From IMG/VR virus record IMGVR_UViG_2716884207_000004, positions 1,808 through 65,807 of that record: a stretch of 64,000 nucleotides of DNA. One strand, written 5' to 3'. The notes under the pieces were generated by a model. The model made no database searches. It was not told where the DNA came from and saw nothing but the letters and a program-made list of their open reading frames with translations. The position numbers and the translations under genes are program-made. This DNA is from a virus (Duplodnaviria; Caudoviricetes). Below are positions 18,890 through 28,375 of the stretch, in pieces (the stretch's first letter is position 1; every line of letters starts with the position of its first letter).

Positions 18890-20011
18890 TTAGGAAACAG
18901 ATTTAGAGATACCAGAAAGGATTGCAACTGATTCTTTCGCGTTCTTGATCTCGAAGCCGAGTTCGCCACGGATTACACGAGAGAAATAATCTGCACCGTT
19001 TGGTGTAGCATCTTGGTCGTATACAGGAGTTAGATAACGAGCTTTGATGTTATCAAGATCAAGTAAAACAGCGCGGTCCTTCGGCATATTTTGGTCCACA
19101 ACGACTTGAGAAACTGCGCCGCCAGGTAGATCACTCATGAATGACATGATTTGATAACCGACTTGACCTTCTCCGCGAGTAGTACGAATAGTGTCACCTG
19201 CAAGCTTTGTGATCTGGCGAGAAACGTTTGGAGCGCAAAGGATTGTATTAACTCGTCCACCACGCTTGAAAGTCTCTTCGATAGCATCGTTTAAGCCTTT
19301 GGCTTTGATTTCGTTTCCGCCGAAGTCTTGATTATTCGCTCCTTGCTCTTGGGCAAAAGCGAATAATCCGCCAGTAGATCGAGGCTGGGCCGCTGATCCT
19401 TGGTATTTTCGTCCATAAATAAGTGAGTTGTTCATTTCCCGAACCATCTCTTGAAGACGAAGGTTAACCTGATAATCGAGTTCGTCAGAAACTCCGTACG
19501 TATTAACTTGCTGCTGTGTACGGGATACGGAAGCGTAACGAGAGAAAATTTGCGAGTAGTTGAACGACACAATACGATCGTTAATCTCGTTCTTTCTAAA
19601 TACGTCCTCACCTTCTGGACGTGGACGAGAAATTACCTTCAATTCTCCGTCAGCTTCGACTGCTTCAGGAGTAGTCGCATCATAACCACGTTGAACAGTG
19701 ATCTTGTCGGCAGCTTCATCGACTGCTGTTACGCGTAATACTTCAAGGCCGTTTTGCACAAGAGCATTTTCAGTAAATTTACGTGCGTCCCCTTCGGCCA
19801 ACTCGATTTCAGTTGCGTCCGCTGTAGCCGCTGCTTTAGCGACGCCAGTGTCACTATTCAAATAATCGTTCTGCCATTCGAATTTAGTTTGCGTGAGACC
19901 CTCCCCTGTGCCGATAAGCCCGAAAAGAACCGGAGCCTTCGTTAGAATTAAATCTACGTTCGCTTGCATTTGGCGAACCTGTTGCTGGAAATCATAGCTA
20001 GTTGCTACCAT
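18890..20011 (-). CDS. Major capsid protein
   Basis: 373 aa; KFEWQND, NYSQIF...VSRTQQ; follows scaffold gene. Confidence 0.85.
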   Translation of the reverse strand: MVATSYDFQQQVRQMQANVDLILTKAPVLFGLIGTGEGLTQTKFEWQNDYLNSDTGVAKAAATADATEIELAEGDARKFTENALVQNGLEVLRVTAVDEAADKITVQRGYDATTPEAVEADGELKVISRPRPEGEDVFRKNEINDRIVSFNYSQIFSRYASVSRTQQQVNTYGVSDELDYQVNLRLQEMVREMNNSLIYGRKYQGSAAQPRSTGGLFAFAQEQGANNQDFGGNEIKAKGLNDAIEETFKRGGRVNTILCAPNVSRQITKLAGDTIRTTRGEGQVGYQIMSFMSDLPGGAVSQVVVDQNMPKDRAVLLDLDNIKARYLTPVYDQDATPNGADYFSRVIRGELGFEIKNAKESVAILSGISKSVS

Positions 20012-20070
20012 GTGTTAATCCCCCTAATAGTTTTTGTAATTAAAAAAAAGCCGCCAAGAAGGCGACTGAA

Positions 20071-20802
20071 TTACCGTTTGGTTTTTAAACTCAAAAGCTC
20101 ATTGAATATCTTGGTCACTGTTCCGGAGTACCTGCTATCCTTGAGAGCTTTTTGTTTAGCCTCTTCGAGTTCTTTTTCTTTCGCGACAATCTCCGTTTGA
20201 GTGTTGTTTGTCGAAGGATTGCTTCCGCCCAAAGCGTCTGCTCCGATCGGCTGTTTAAACATCCACGGACTTGACGCTTTAAATTCTGCGACCGCTTCTT
20301 CGGCTCCAACTACGTTTCCTTCTTCGTCAATCTGTACCGCTGACTTGTCGAGTAGCGCGAGAACTTGATTCGGATCGTTTGCGTTAAGTGACCGAGCGAT
20401 AGCGCGAAGCTCCGTGTTAATGATCCTCTGGTTCGCAGCTTCTTGTGCCTTTTTCGCAGCTTCTGTAGCCTCTTCCGCTTTCTTGGCCGCTTCTTCTTTT
20501 TCGACTCTTAAACGTTCAGCTTCGGACATTTCCGCCTTTTTGCGCTCTTCTTCCGCTTCCTCATACGCTTTTAATCGTTTAAGCTGGTCCTCTACTTCCG
20601 CCTGCTTCTTTTTCTCGCGTTCAAGCCGTTTATTTAAAATCTCGTCAAGTTCGGCCTGCGTGAACGTCTTTTCCGGCTGTTGTGTTTGCTCTGTCGGTGT
20701 TGGTTCCGGCTCCCCAGCCGTAGTTTGAGCGTTTGTTTCTTCCGGTTCCTGTTCCGCGAAAAATTGTAGGTTTAAACGCAATAACTTTCGTTGTACATCC
20801 AT
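20071..20802 (-). CDS. Capsid scaffolding protein
   Basis: LRLNLQFFAE leader, KTFTQAELD, coiled coil; SD GGAGG before ATG 20802. Confidence 0.9.
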   Translation of the reverse strand: MDVQRKLLRLNLQFFAEQEPEETNAQTTAGEPEPTPTEQTQQPEKTFTQAELDEILNKRLEREKKKQAEVEDQLKRLKAYEEAEEERKKAEMSEAERLRVEKEEAAKKAEEATEAAKKAQEAANQRIINTELRAIARSLNANDPNQVLALLDKSAVQIDEEGNVVGAEEAVAEFKASSPWMFKQPIGADALGGSNPSTNNTQTEIVAKEKELEEAKQKALKDSRYSGTVTKIFNELLSLKTKR

Positions 20803-20889
20803 TTGTATACCTCCGTTTAAAGCCCGTCGGCTATGGATTACGCAAAACAACAACCGATAGTTTAACGACATATCGTAGGTCAAGCGTTG

Positions 20890-22470
20890 TTATGCGTTAG
20901 GGTCTTTGTCGTCTTCTTCCGTTTCATCTTCCGGCGATCCGCCGTTTGTAGACTCACCGTAAGGGTCTTGCGACTGCATTTTAAGATTGCGCTCCTGTAA
21001 AATCTCCATAAATTTAGCTTCCGGATTTTCTTTTCCGCTTCGAGCGATCGCGCCCTTTACGGATTCCATTTCGTTAGAAATTTCTTCGCCTAGCTGCGTA
21101 ATTAACGCCGCTTGGTCTTCCGGTAAAGGAAGTCCGAAGATAATTTTGTTATCGTAATACTCATCGACTTGCGATAGAAGCTTATGGTCGTATTTGAATC
21201 GCGGATGTTCTTGGCGCGCTTTCATATAACGCAAGATATATTCGTTCAACGTTTGTAAACGGGACTGCCAAACGATCCAAGCCCGCTGCGTTTTCGAAAT
21301 GATCGAGCCGTATAGCAGCTTTAGCGCCATGTCGTTAATACCGCCGGTATTCATATCAGCCGTATTGACCATCGGAACTTCGCTGATTTCGTGGAGCCGT
21401 TTCTGCATCCGGTCAAGGTACGCTTCGATCGCTTCTTTAAATTTAAATCCACTTTCAAGCTTCTTCGCGTCTGGCGTCCCTCCGCCTTCTTGGCCCGATT
21501 CTCCGAGGTCCCAAATCGCACTAGGCGAAACTTGAAACGGATTTTTCGGATCATAATCTACGTCAGTTAGTAACGTAATCGCAAACATTTCAAACCGAAG
21601 GGCATCGGAGTAGTCCGATATTTTACGGTCTATTTCGTCGGCCGTGTCGATCAGTTTCTCGATCTCGCTGTAACCTTCGCTATGTCCAGTAAGTTTGTCC
21701 GTTGGGATATGAACAACCGGGATAAAATCGAGCCCCATCGATTTTCTTTCGACTCTCTGATCGCGCAAGGACAGTCCGTCGTCATAAACGGCTTCCTCGA
21801 TCTCGCAATCATAGGCTCCGGTTTCTTCGTCCCCTTTCCATACGAGATAATACGAAAGCTTCCAAAGGCGCGTCTGCTCTTCGTCAAGCCACGCTACAAA
21901 ATGAACAGCGTCTAATTGGTCGGCGTCCCATTCGTTATGAACAGCGATAACTTCCGTCGAAGGGTGCCACAGGATTTTAATTTCGCCGCGTCGAGTGTCG
22001 TAGTGGAGTCTTGCGTACACGCCCGTACGACTGATGGCACGATCTTTAGCCGCCGCGAGAAGCTTTTCGTGCATCCGGTTATCATCCCAAACCCACTTCA
22101 GTAGCCGCTCTTTCGCCTTTGCCCGACTATTTTCCGCTTGCTGCTCCGCGCTTGGTTCGTAACCTGGTTGCATCATTTGCGCTGGATCGTCGATTACATC
22201 AGGCGGTACTGATACTTTCGGCTCTTTCTCGAATTGCCAAGCCGCCATCGTATCGATCAACTTTCGCGGGTAGTTCATCGAAAGTGTAGTCGGCTCATAT
22301 GCGATGTTGTCCGGCTTAATATAGTCGGACCAAACGTTTAGGCTGCCTTCATAGCGCCGATAAAGCTTAATTTCGTCGCAAATACGCTGGAATTCGCGTG
22401 AACCGATTGCTTCTTCGATAGGTATCACGAATTGAAACGGGTTAATAAAATTACGATCAACAATTACGAT
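20890..22470 (-). CDS. Portal protein (SPP1-like); start re-called at ATC 22470
   Basis: RRYEG, NYPRKLID, FIPVVHIP, follows terL; AAGGAGG-N8-ATC in frame. Confidence 0.85.
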   Translation of the reverse strand: MVIVDRNFINPFQFVIPIEEAIGSREFQRICDEIKLYRRYEGSLNVWSDYIKPDNIAYEPTTLSMNYPRKLIDTMAAWQFEKEPKVSVPPDVIDDPAQMMQPGYEPSAEQQAENSRAKAKERLLKWVWDDNRMHEKLLAAAKDRAISRTGVYARLHYDTRRGEIKILWHPSTEVIAVHNEWDADQLDAVHFVAWLDEEQTRLWKLSYYLVWKGDEETGAYDCEIEEAVYDDGLSLRDQRVERKSMGLDFIPVVHIPTDKLTGHSEGYSEIEKLIDTADEIDRKISDYSDALRFEMFAITLLTDVDYDPKNPFQVSPSAIWDLGESGQEGGGTPDAKKLESGFKFKEAIEAYLDRMQKRLHEISEVPMVNTADMNTGGINDMALKLLYGSIISKTQRAWIVWQSRLQTLNEYILRYMKARQEHPRFKYDHKLLSQVDEYYDNKIIFGLPLPEDQAALITQLGEEISNEMESVKGAIARSGKENPEAKFMEILQERNLKMQSQDPYGESTNGGSPEDETEEDDKDPNA

Positions 22471-22489
22471 TTAAAACGCCTCCTTTCGT

Positions 22490-24241
22490 TTAGTAACGGT
22501 AATTACCGACATTACCGCCTTTGCGTCTGCGCGATTTAGCCGCAGCAGAAACCGCCATTTCTAAAGCATCGATAACGTCATCGTGGGCTCCGGTTCCGTA
22601 CTGTTCGAATTGCTCAAGTAATAGCGCATGCCTCCGATCAAACTGGATTGTTCCGTTCTCGATTGAAGGCAATAACGCTTCGATACGGAGCTCTTTACGG
22701 CTACGGTGTTTTATTTTCTTAACGCGAGTATCTGCCGGATAGCCAGCTTTCGTTAATTGTTTCTTGAGCTCATCTACGAAAAACTCTTGCGCCGCCTGTG
22801 CTTCTGCCGCAATTACGGTCGGCTGAAACTTAACGACCTTCTCGACGATGACTTTCATAAACTCGTCCGGCTTCAAACGCTGTCCGAACGCGTCAATAAC
22901 ATAAATAGAGCCGCTAATCTTATCGATAGCGACTGTCGTTATTGCGGAATAGTCTCCACGCTCTTTCCCCATCGCAAAATCCACCGCAAGGGAAACGTCA
23001 TATTTCATGTAATCTATATTACCGTTGTGGTACGTGAACTTTTCCGGATTAAAAATCATCGATTCCTCGTCGATTGGATGGTTCATGTACTCGGTATTGA
23101 ACGCTTTTGATCCGTTATCCCATTTCCAGCGCATTAATTTAAACAACGGCTGGACTTCCGGCCATAAAACTCGGCTGCCGCGCAATAATTCGGCTTCATT
23201 TTCTTTATAAAACCGTTCTGCGTCGGCTAATCGGTTCGGATTTTCGCGATCAATATAAATTAGGCGGCACTTTTCCCAAAGATCGAGTCGTTCCGGTTGT
23301 TTGATAATGGCGCGATAGACTTTCGTGACGAAGTCCGACCGCTTATATAGAACGTGCATTAAGAGAGCGTCCATGTGAACCGTCGTTCCCATGTAAACGA
23401 AGGCCGTCCGCTTTCCTTTCGGATCACCTAACGGCATGACCGTTTGAGAGAACCAGTTCCGGAGACTATTTCGCTGTTCCGGCGTGCTGGCGTTTCCTCC
23501 TGGGCGCGCATCCTCTAAGTCGTCGCAAATAATAAGGTCCGGACGCGTACCGTTCCAGTTACGACCACGCAACGCTTGACCGGTAGATGCCGCTTGGACT
23601 AGCGCGAGCTGCTTTCGACTGTCTCCGTCTGGATGCCACGCGATAAATGATTCGGAGTTATCGATAATATTCGCTTGGTCTTGCGGCGACAATAACGGGC
23701 CGAAGTCGGCGCGCAGCTTCTTGTTAAACTTGAGCTGATTCCGAATCCATTCCATATTCGCTTTCGATACCGAAGGCGTTTCCGAAATGATGATCGTGTA
23801 TTTCCGTCGCCGATAAACGATTTCGTGAACCGGAAAGGCTTTCGATAAGTAAGTCGACTTTGCGTGCGAACGAGGCGCCGCTGCCGCTATCTTTTCGTTA
23901 ACCTTTTCGGAAGACACGACGTTCATAATGTCGCATATCTCTACGTGGAAATCGGGCGCTTCGCTCACATCCGTAACATCGAATCCGTCCCAGTTTCCGT
24001 CATTATCCGGGTTTCGTGCGTCCGAGAAATATTCGATTGAGAACTCGAGCAGATTACCTTCGCATCGATGAATCCGTTTAAGCCGCTCAAGCTCGGTCGC
24101 TTTTTCGTAATAATCGGCGATCTCTGACGCAGGAATGTCGTCGCCGTACGTTTCATCTAACGCGTCTAAGTATTCAGTTAGAACGTTGATTAATTCAGCG
24201 CGTTCAGCCGGTTTGAGCCAGCGTCCGTCAACCCATGCGAT
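22490..24241 (-). CDS. Terminase large subunit (583 aa if started at ATC 24241)
   Basis: APRSHAKST, LRGR, DLIICDDLE, YMGT, AVDFA, HDDVIDA; frame open 91 codons upstream of the track start to AAGGAGG-N8-ATC GCA TGG. Confidence 0.9.
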   Translation of the reverse strand: MAWVDGRWLKPAERAELINVLTEYLDALDETYGDDIPASEIADYYEKATELERLKRIHRCEGNLLEFSIEYFSDARNPDNDGNWDGFDVTDVSEAPDFHVEICDIMNVVSSEKVNEKIAAAAPRSHAKSTYLSKAFPVHEIVYRRRKYTIIISETPSVSKANMEWIRNQLKFNKKLRADFGPLLSPQDQANIIDNSESFIAWHPDGDSRKQLALVQAASTGQALRGRNWNGTRPDLIICDDLEDARPGGNASTPEQRNSLRNWFSQTVMPLGDPKGKRTAFVYMGTTVHMDALLMHVLYKRSDFVTKVYRAIIKQPERLDLWEKCRLIYIDRENPNRLADAERFYKENEAELLRGSRVLWPEVQPLFKLMRWKWDNGSKAFNTEYMNHPIDEESMIFNPEKFTYHNGNIDYMKYDVSLAVDFAMGKERGDYSAITTVAIDKISGSIYVIDAFGQRLKPDEFMKVIVEKVVKFQPTVIAAEAQAAQEFFVDELKKQLTKAGYPADTRVKKIKHRSRKELRIEALLPSIENGTIQFDRRHALLLEQFEQYGTGAHDDVIDALEMAVSAAAKSRRRKGGNVGNYRY

Positions 24242-24270
24242 AAAGATCGCCTCCTTTTCGTTAATTTCGT

Positions 24271-24329
24271 TTGACTTTCGTTATCATTTTCGTTACTATG
24301 AGTGTAACAAAATATAAATTAAGTTACGG
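24271..24329 (+). promoter_or_regulatory. SigA promoter of recombinase with downstream recombinase core-like palindrome
   Basis: TTGACT-N17-TACTAT (24271-24299); GTAAC-N14-GTTAC at 24304-24327. Confidence 0.7.
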
Positions 24330-24341
24330 AGAGTGAACGAA

Positions 24342-24893
24342 ATGGCTAACGAAGTATTCCCGATTAAATCTAAGCGCGATTTTAATAAACTGAAGAACGC
24401 CCTGAACGGTCGCAACCGTCTGTTATTGACGCTCGGCACCGCTTTTGGGCTGCGTATCAGCGACTTATTAACGCTTAAGGTCGGGGATCTTCGCGGCCAA
24501 GATTCGCTAGTCATTACGGAACAAAAACGTAAGAAAAAACGTAAGATTACGTTTAGTTCGTCCGTGCTGCGCGAAATCAAGACGTATTTAAGTGACGCTG
24601 ACGATAAAGACTACGTATTTGCCAGCCGTCAAGGTGGCGGCAAGCCGATTAGTCGCGTTCAAGCGTACCGGATACTCAACGACGCTGCCGAACGGGCCGG
24701 CATTGCGGATAAAATCGGCGCGATAGGAACGCATTCGCTCCGTAAGACGTTCGGCTATCGGCTGCACGAAAACGGCGTTGATATTACGCGCATTATGTCT
24801 ATACTCGGACACTCAAGCGAGCGCGAAACGTTGAGATACATCGGAATAACGGCCGACGAAATATCGGAAGCTTACGAAAGCATCGAGGTTTAA
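24342..24893 (+). CDS. Small tyrosine recombinase (catalytic domain only)
   Basis: GLRISDLL (R), HSLRKTF (HxxR), LGHSS, YIG (Tyr). Confidence 0.92.
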   Translation: MANEVFPIKSKRDFNKLKNALNGRNRLLLTLGTAFGLRISDLLTLKVGDLRGQDSLVITEQKRKKKRKITFSSSVLREIKTYLSDADDKDYVFASRQGGGKPISRVQAYRILNDAAERAGIADKIGAIGTHSLRKTFGYRLHENGVDITRIMSILGHSSERETLRYIGITADEISEAYESIEV

Positions 24894-24970
24894 GCCTGCG
24901 GTGCTTTTTTTATTTACGCAAGCACAAAAAGACCGCCGCCGTAGGGTGCGGAAGCCTCGTTCTGATTGCG

Positions 24971-25037
24971 TTAGACTCACGTAGGCTAAGTCGACCGTCG
25001 GGTTCTAAACCCTTTCGAATGTCGAACGCAAGTCTAA
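24971..25037 (-). ncRNA. Putative structured RNA element upstream of a terminator
   Basis: Nested stems TTAGACTTGCGT/ACGTGAGTCTAA, TCGAC/GTCGA, GGGTT/AACCC. Confidence 0.4.
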
Positions 25038-25225
25038 ATTAATCTCTCGACAGCTGGGCGCCCATGTATCCCGTTATCGCCTAATTCAGCAAGCGCGACT
25101 ATAATCTCTTCATCCGTCAAGTCGATTCCAATTTGTTTTACCTGTAAAAAGGCGTCGATAATCATATCCGTTGTTATGTTGTGACGTTCTGCCGCCGAGT
25201 AAACAAATCGAAGAATACGCTCCAC
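25034..25225 (-). CDS. Hypothetical protein
   Basis: SD GGAGG before GTG. Confidence 0.6.
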   Translation of the reverse strand: MERILRFVYSAAERHNITTDMIIDAFLQVKQIGIDLTDEEIIVALAELGDNGIHGRPAVERLI

Positions 25226-25249
25226 CTTCTCGCCCTCCCTTTGAAATTA

Positions 25250-25331
25250 CACGAAATTAGCGTTTCTAACGTTTACCCTACCGAATACCCTCCGGCTGGA
25301 TTAAAACGGCTGTGGCGCTTTAATTTCGTGG
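25250..25331. repeat. Dispersed ~70-80 bp element, copy 1 (others near 32064-32137 and 60964-61018)
   Basis: TACCCTACCGAATACCCTC identical at 25274 and 60964; CGCTTTRATTTCGTGG shared with the 32.1-kb copy. Confidence 0.65.
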
Positions 25332-25339
25332 TAGAATCG

Positions 25340-25618
25340 TTATCTATTACGTAATTGTTCGATAACCCACTCCGCTCCCATTAAGAAATCGCTCGTCACT
25401 CCGAAATAAGGTGCGTCTGTTAGCGAAATCCCTAGCGCATCTAGCGCTTCTTTTGGCGGGCTGGTGCCGCCGACTACTGCGATTTCAGATTCCGGAAGCT
25501 TTTCGGAAAACTTAACCGCGATAAAATAGCCGTCAGTTGTCAGGCGATCGCTTACCGTTACTTCTTCGCCTTTGAATTCCGTTAAATCAGCGATAATACT
25601 TTCGATTCCTCGTGGCAT
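25340..25618 (-). CDS. Hypothetical protein
   Basis: SD AAGGAGG before ATG. Confidence 0.7.
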   Translation of the reverse strand: MPRGIESIIADLTEFKGEEVTVSDRLTTDGYFIAVKFSEKLPESEIAVVGGTSPPKEALDALGISLTDAPYFGVTSDFLMGAEWVIEQLRNR

Positions 25619-26061
25619 AGTGGACGCCTCCTTTCCGTTAGGTCAAAGTGAATTTTTGAAATACGCGTTTAAAATGTGCCTGGCGTCCGGGCTTTTCGTT
25701 TTTCCTCCCCCGCCCCCTTTTCGTTTTTCATACGGTATGCACCGTTTTGTATATCGAGTGTAACATTATCGGATTAAGTTACAGTGGAGGGGTGGTCCGG
25801 TCGTTGATATAACGGCATTCATTCGTGTTTGTATTGCGTTATGTATTACGTTTTATTTATGCATCGTATGAACCGTGATATATCAACGTTTATATATACG
25901 GCAGTGATAACGCGATATGTATAAGATACTGTATAATTGCGGGGCCTATTCCGAAAGTGATCGAGGGGTCGCGCGCCAATGAGCCTCGGCTGATAAAATA
26001 AAAGCGCCCGTCAAACGGCGTAACCTACCGCTATCAGAACGCTTCATATATTACTGTCCGC

Positions 26062-26448
26062 CTATTCTTCCGTTTTACGTTGCGCCCTCAGACGCTCTAT
26101 TTCCGCCTTGATATCCGCTATGTTATTACCGTCATTCTTAACGTCTACTTCCGTTCTCTCCGTCAGCATATCGTGCCACTGCATATATGTCCGTAGCATC
26201 GCGGCATTTCCATCGTTAATAATATGATCGGGTATTGACGCTATGATATCCGGCATTCTTTCCGCTGATTGCTTCTTAATTCTGCGTTTTAATTCTTCGT
26301 AAAAGTCATCGTTGTTTCGCCAGTTATGCAACGTCTGTCTTGTAACGCCTACTGCATCGGCAATCTGATCGTAAGTCAGTCCGCCTCTGTTCGGCTGCGA
26401 TAAAAATTCGATAGCAGCGATTTGTTTTTCGCTAAGTTTCCGAGCCAT
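26062..26448 (-). CDS. Terminase small subunit-like HTH protein
   Basis: LSEKQIAAIEFL...TYDQIADAVGVTRQTLHNWR; first gene of the late minus-strand block. Confidence 0.75.
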   Translation of the reverse strand: MARKLSEKQIAAIEFLSQPNRGGLTYDQIADAVGVTRQTLHNWRNNDDFYEELKRRIKKQSAERMPDIIASIPDHIINDGNAAMLRTYMQWHDMLTERTEVDVKNDGNNIADIKAEIERLRAQRKTEE

Positions 26449-26497
26449 TTCCGCCCTCCTTTCCGTTAAGTTTTACGTAGCTTTACGTCCTTCTATT

Positions 26498-26530
26498 ACG
26501 TATAGACAGCTAACGAAGTAAAAGTCACTA
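26498..26530 (-). promoter_or_regulatory. Candidate late promoter motif TGTCTATACGT
   Basis: Same 11-mer at 26498-26508 and 33517-33527, each ~50 nt upstream of a start codon. Confidence 0.5.
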
Positions 26531-26786
26531 TATTACCGTTAAATTAACGTAATAAATTTCGATAGATTAGCGCAATTCTTTCCGTATGTATTTAAACATA
26601 GCGCTAATTCCGGTCGCTTCGCTCCCTACATACGCGCAGATATTAATTAATAAGTACTTGATCGCGATAATACTGGACGAAGTGAAACGGAGTTCCAGAG
26701 GCTTGTGATTCACAAGACTAAGAAGTGATTGGCGGCCTAAAATCGCTGTATCCCTTGCGGCTCTAAGCGCGAACCCACTTTTCAGG

Positions 26787-26837
26787 TGTACGAATAAAGT
26801 CGTGTTTTTCGCCGATTTGTACGAATAAAGTCGTGTT
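26787..26837. repeat. Two perfect 20-bp direct repeats, 31-bp period (iteron-like)
   Basis: TGTACGAATAAAGTCGTGTT at 26787 and 26818. Confidence 0.85.
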
Positions 26838-26897
26838 CATTATCAATTAGTTTTCCGTAATTGAGAATCGAACTATACGAAAAAAGATGACGCCAAC

Positions 26898-27923
26898 TCA
26901 ACGCCACCTCAACGACAGTATTTTCCCCGCTAGAAATAACCCGAATACCGCCTTCCGTTTTAGCATCGCCAGGTAAATCCGCCGCGCCAAACTCTCCTCG
27001 TGCTGCAACGCTATCTCTACCGCCTTCCCTACGTTCGGATGCTCGACTATGCGCTCAATCAACGCTAATTTTTCGCGCATCCCTTTATCGCAGCCCGGCT
27101 TAAATTCGTTCTGTATACACCCGTTTACCGCGATATAACACTTCCGCCGAGCTAAGTCTACCGCAACCTTTTCGTCGTATAACCTCCATCGTTTCGCATA
27201 CGTTTCTAGCGTGTTTCCGTTTATGTACGAATCGAATAGCTCAGGATTATATTTGCGCATTAAACTGGCGTCGTTTATTTGCCGGTAATGGTACAACGGT
27301 TTATCGATATAATAAGCCGTCTGACAATACGTAAACGCGTCCATATTAAACAGCCAATCTTCGCCGAGATACTTACCGTCAGGAAACGCTAAACCATACG
27401 TATCTATTAAACTTTTTCGGATTAACTTCCATACGCCGCCATATGAGCCGTTATATAAAAAGTCCGTTAATATTTCCGCTTTAATTTCGTCCCGACCTAA
27501 CGGCGTATTTGCTTTTGTGCGATAACTTTTCGTATAGTTTTTCGTAGGGTCTTCGTAATCCCAGCAGATATCCGTAAATACAATATCGGCGTTATTTGCG
27601 ACGGCGGCTTCGTACATGGTCGCGTATGTCTCTCGTTCGATCCAATCGTCGGCGTCGATAAATGCGACGAATTCGCCGCGCGCCTGCTCCAGCGCATTAT
27701 TTCGCGCCGTGGCCGGTCCCTGATTCGCTTGGTAGATCGGCTTGACACGTTCGTCAATGGCTTCGTAGTATCGTAAAATATTGCGCGTTGAATCGGTCGA
27801 GCCGTCATCTACGATCAAAACTTCGATATTCTTCAGCGTCTGGCCGAGCACGCTGTCTAAGCATTCGCGCAGGTACTTTTCGCCGTTGTATACCGGTATA
27901 ATAACGCTCATTTTCGGAGTCAT
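26898..27923 (-). CDS. Family 2 glycosyltransferase (EpsH/EpsJ-like)
   Basis: SVIIPVYN, VDDGSTD, FIDADD, GEDWLFN, LYHYR; own promoter TTGAAA-N16-TATAAT (28001-27974). Confidence 0.92.
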   Translation of the reverse strand: MTPKMSVIIPVYNGEKYLRECLDSVLGQTLKNIEVLIVDDGSTDSTRNILRYYEAIDERVKPIYQANQGPATARNNALEQARGEFVAFIDADDWIERETYATMYEAAVANNADIVFTDICWDYEDPTKNYTKSYRTKANTPLGRDEIKAEILTDFLYNGSYGGVWKLIRKSLIDTYGLAFPDGKYLGEDWLFNMDAFTYCQTAYYIDKPLYHYRQINDASLMRKYNPELFDSYINGNTLETYAKRWRLYDEKVAVDLARRKCYIAVNGCIQNEFKPGCDKGMREKLALIERIVEHPNVGKAVEIALQHEESLARRIYLAMLKRKAVFGLFLAGKILSLRWR

Positions 27924-27939
27924 TTCGTCCACCCTTTCG

Positions 27940-27957
27940 GTTCGGGAATTCCCGAAC
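27940..27957. promoter_or_regulatory. Perfect 18-bp palindrome in the GT2 leader (operator-like)
   Basis: GTTCGGGAATTCCCGAAC; one-mismatch copy at 54758-54775. Confidence 0.6.
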
Positions 27958-28021
27958 TTGTATCGATAGGATAATTATACCAACTCGAATCCGAATTTCA
28001 AGACGAAAAAAAGACGCCGAT

Positions 28022-28243
28022 TTATTCAGCGTCCTCTTCCGTTTCTTTTACTTCGAATAATTCTTCGTATTTGGCTCCGGTTGCTTTCATAATCGATGCG
28101 ACATGCCAATCGTAGTGTCTTTCGGAATTATCAAACCGAGATATCGACGCCTGTGGAACGCCGGATCTCCGCGATAATTCGGATTGCGACCAATCTAGCT
28201 GCGAAAGAACCGCACCAAGACGAGGCTTTACCGTAAGTTTCAT
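28022..28243 (-). CDS. XRE-family repressor divergent from the hydrolase operon
   Basis: SQSELSRRSGVPQASISRF HTH. Confidence 0.88.
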   Translation of the reverse strand: MKLTVKPRLGAVLSQLDWSQSELSRRSGVPQASISRFDNSERHYDWHVASIMKATGAKYEELFEVKETEEDAE

Positions 28244-28296
28244 TTCGATCACCTCGCGACAATTATACGCCAGAGAATATTTTTTCGCAATTCCTC

Positions 28297-28325
28297 TTGA
28301 CGCCTCTTATACGCTAGCGTATAGT
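28297..28325 (+). promoter_or_regulatory. SigA promoter with operator TATACGCTAGCGTATA
   Basis: TTGACG-N17-TATAGT; perfect 16-bp palindrome at 28308-28323. Confidence 0.85.
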
Positions 28326-28375
28326 TTATTGTAACGAAGGGCCCTCGTTAATAAAATCCGAGAGGGGTTAACGAA

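Noticed and set aside
23965-24156. 63-aa ORF suggesting a frameshifted terL
   Set aside because: The terL frame itself is open to ATC 24241, so no frameshift is needed
26787-26837. CRISPR mini-array
   Set aside because: Only two 20-bp repeats with an 11-bp gap; no cas operon
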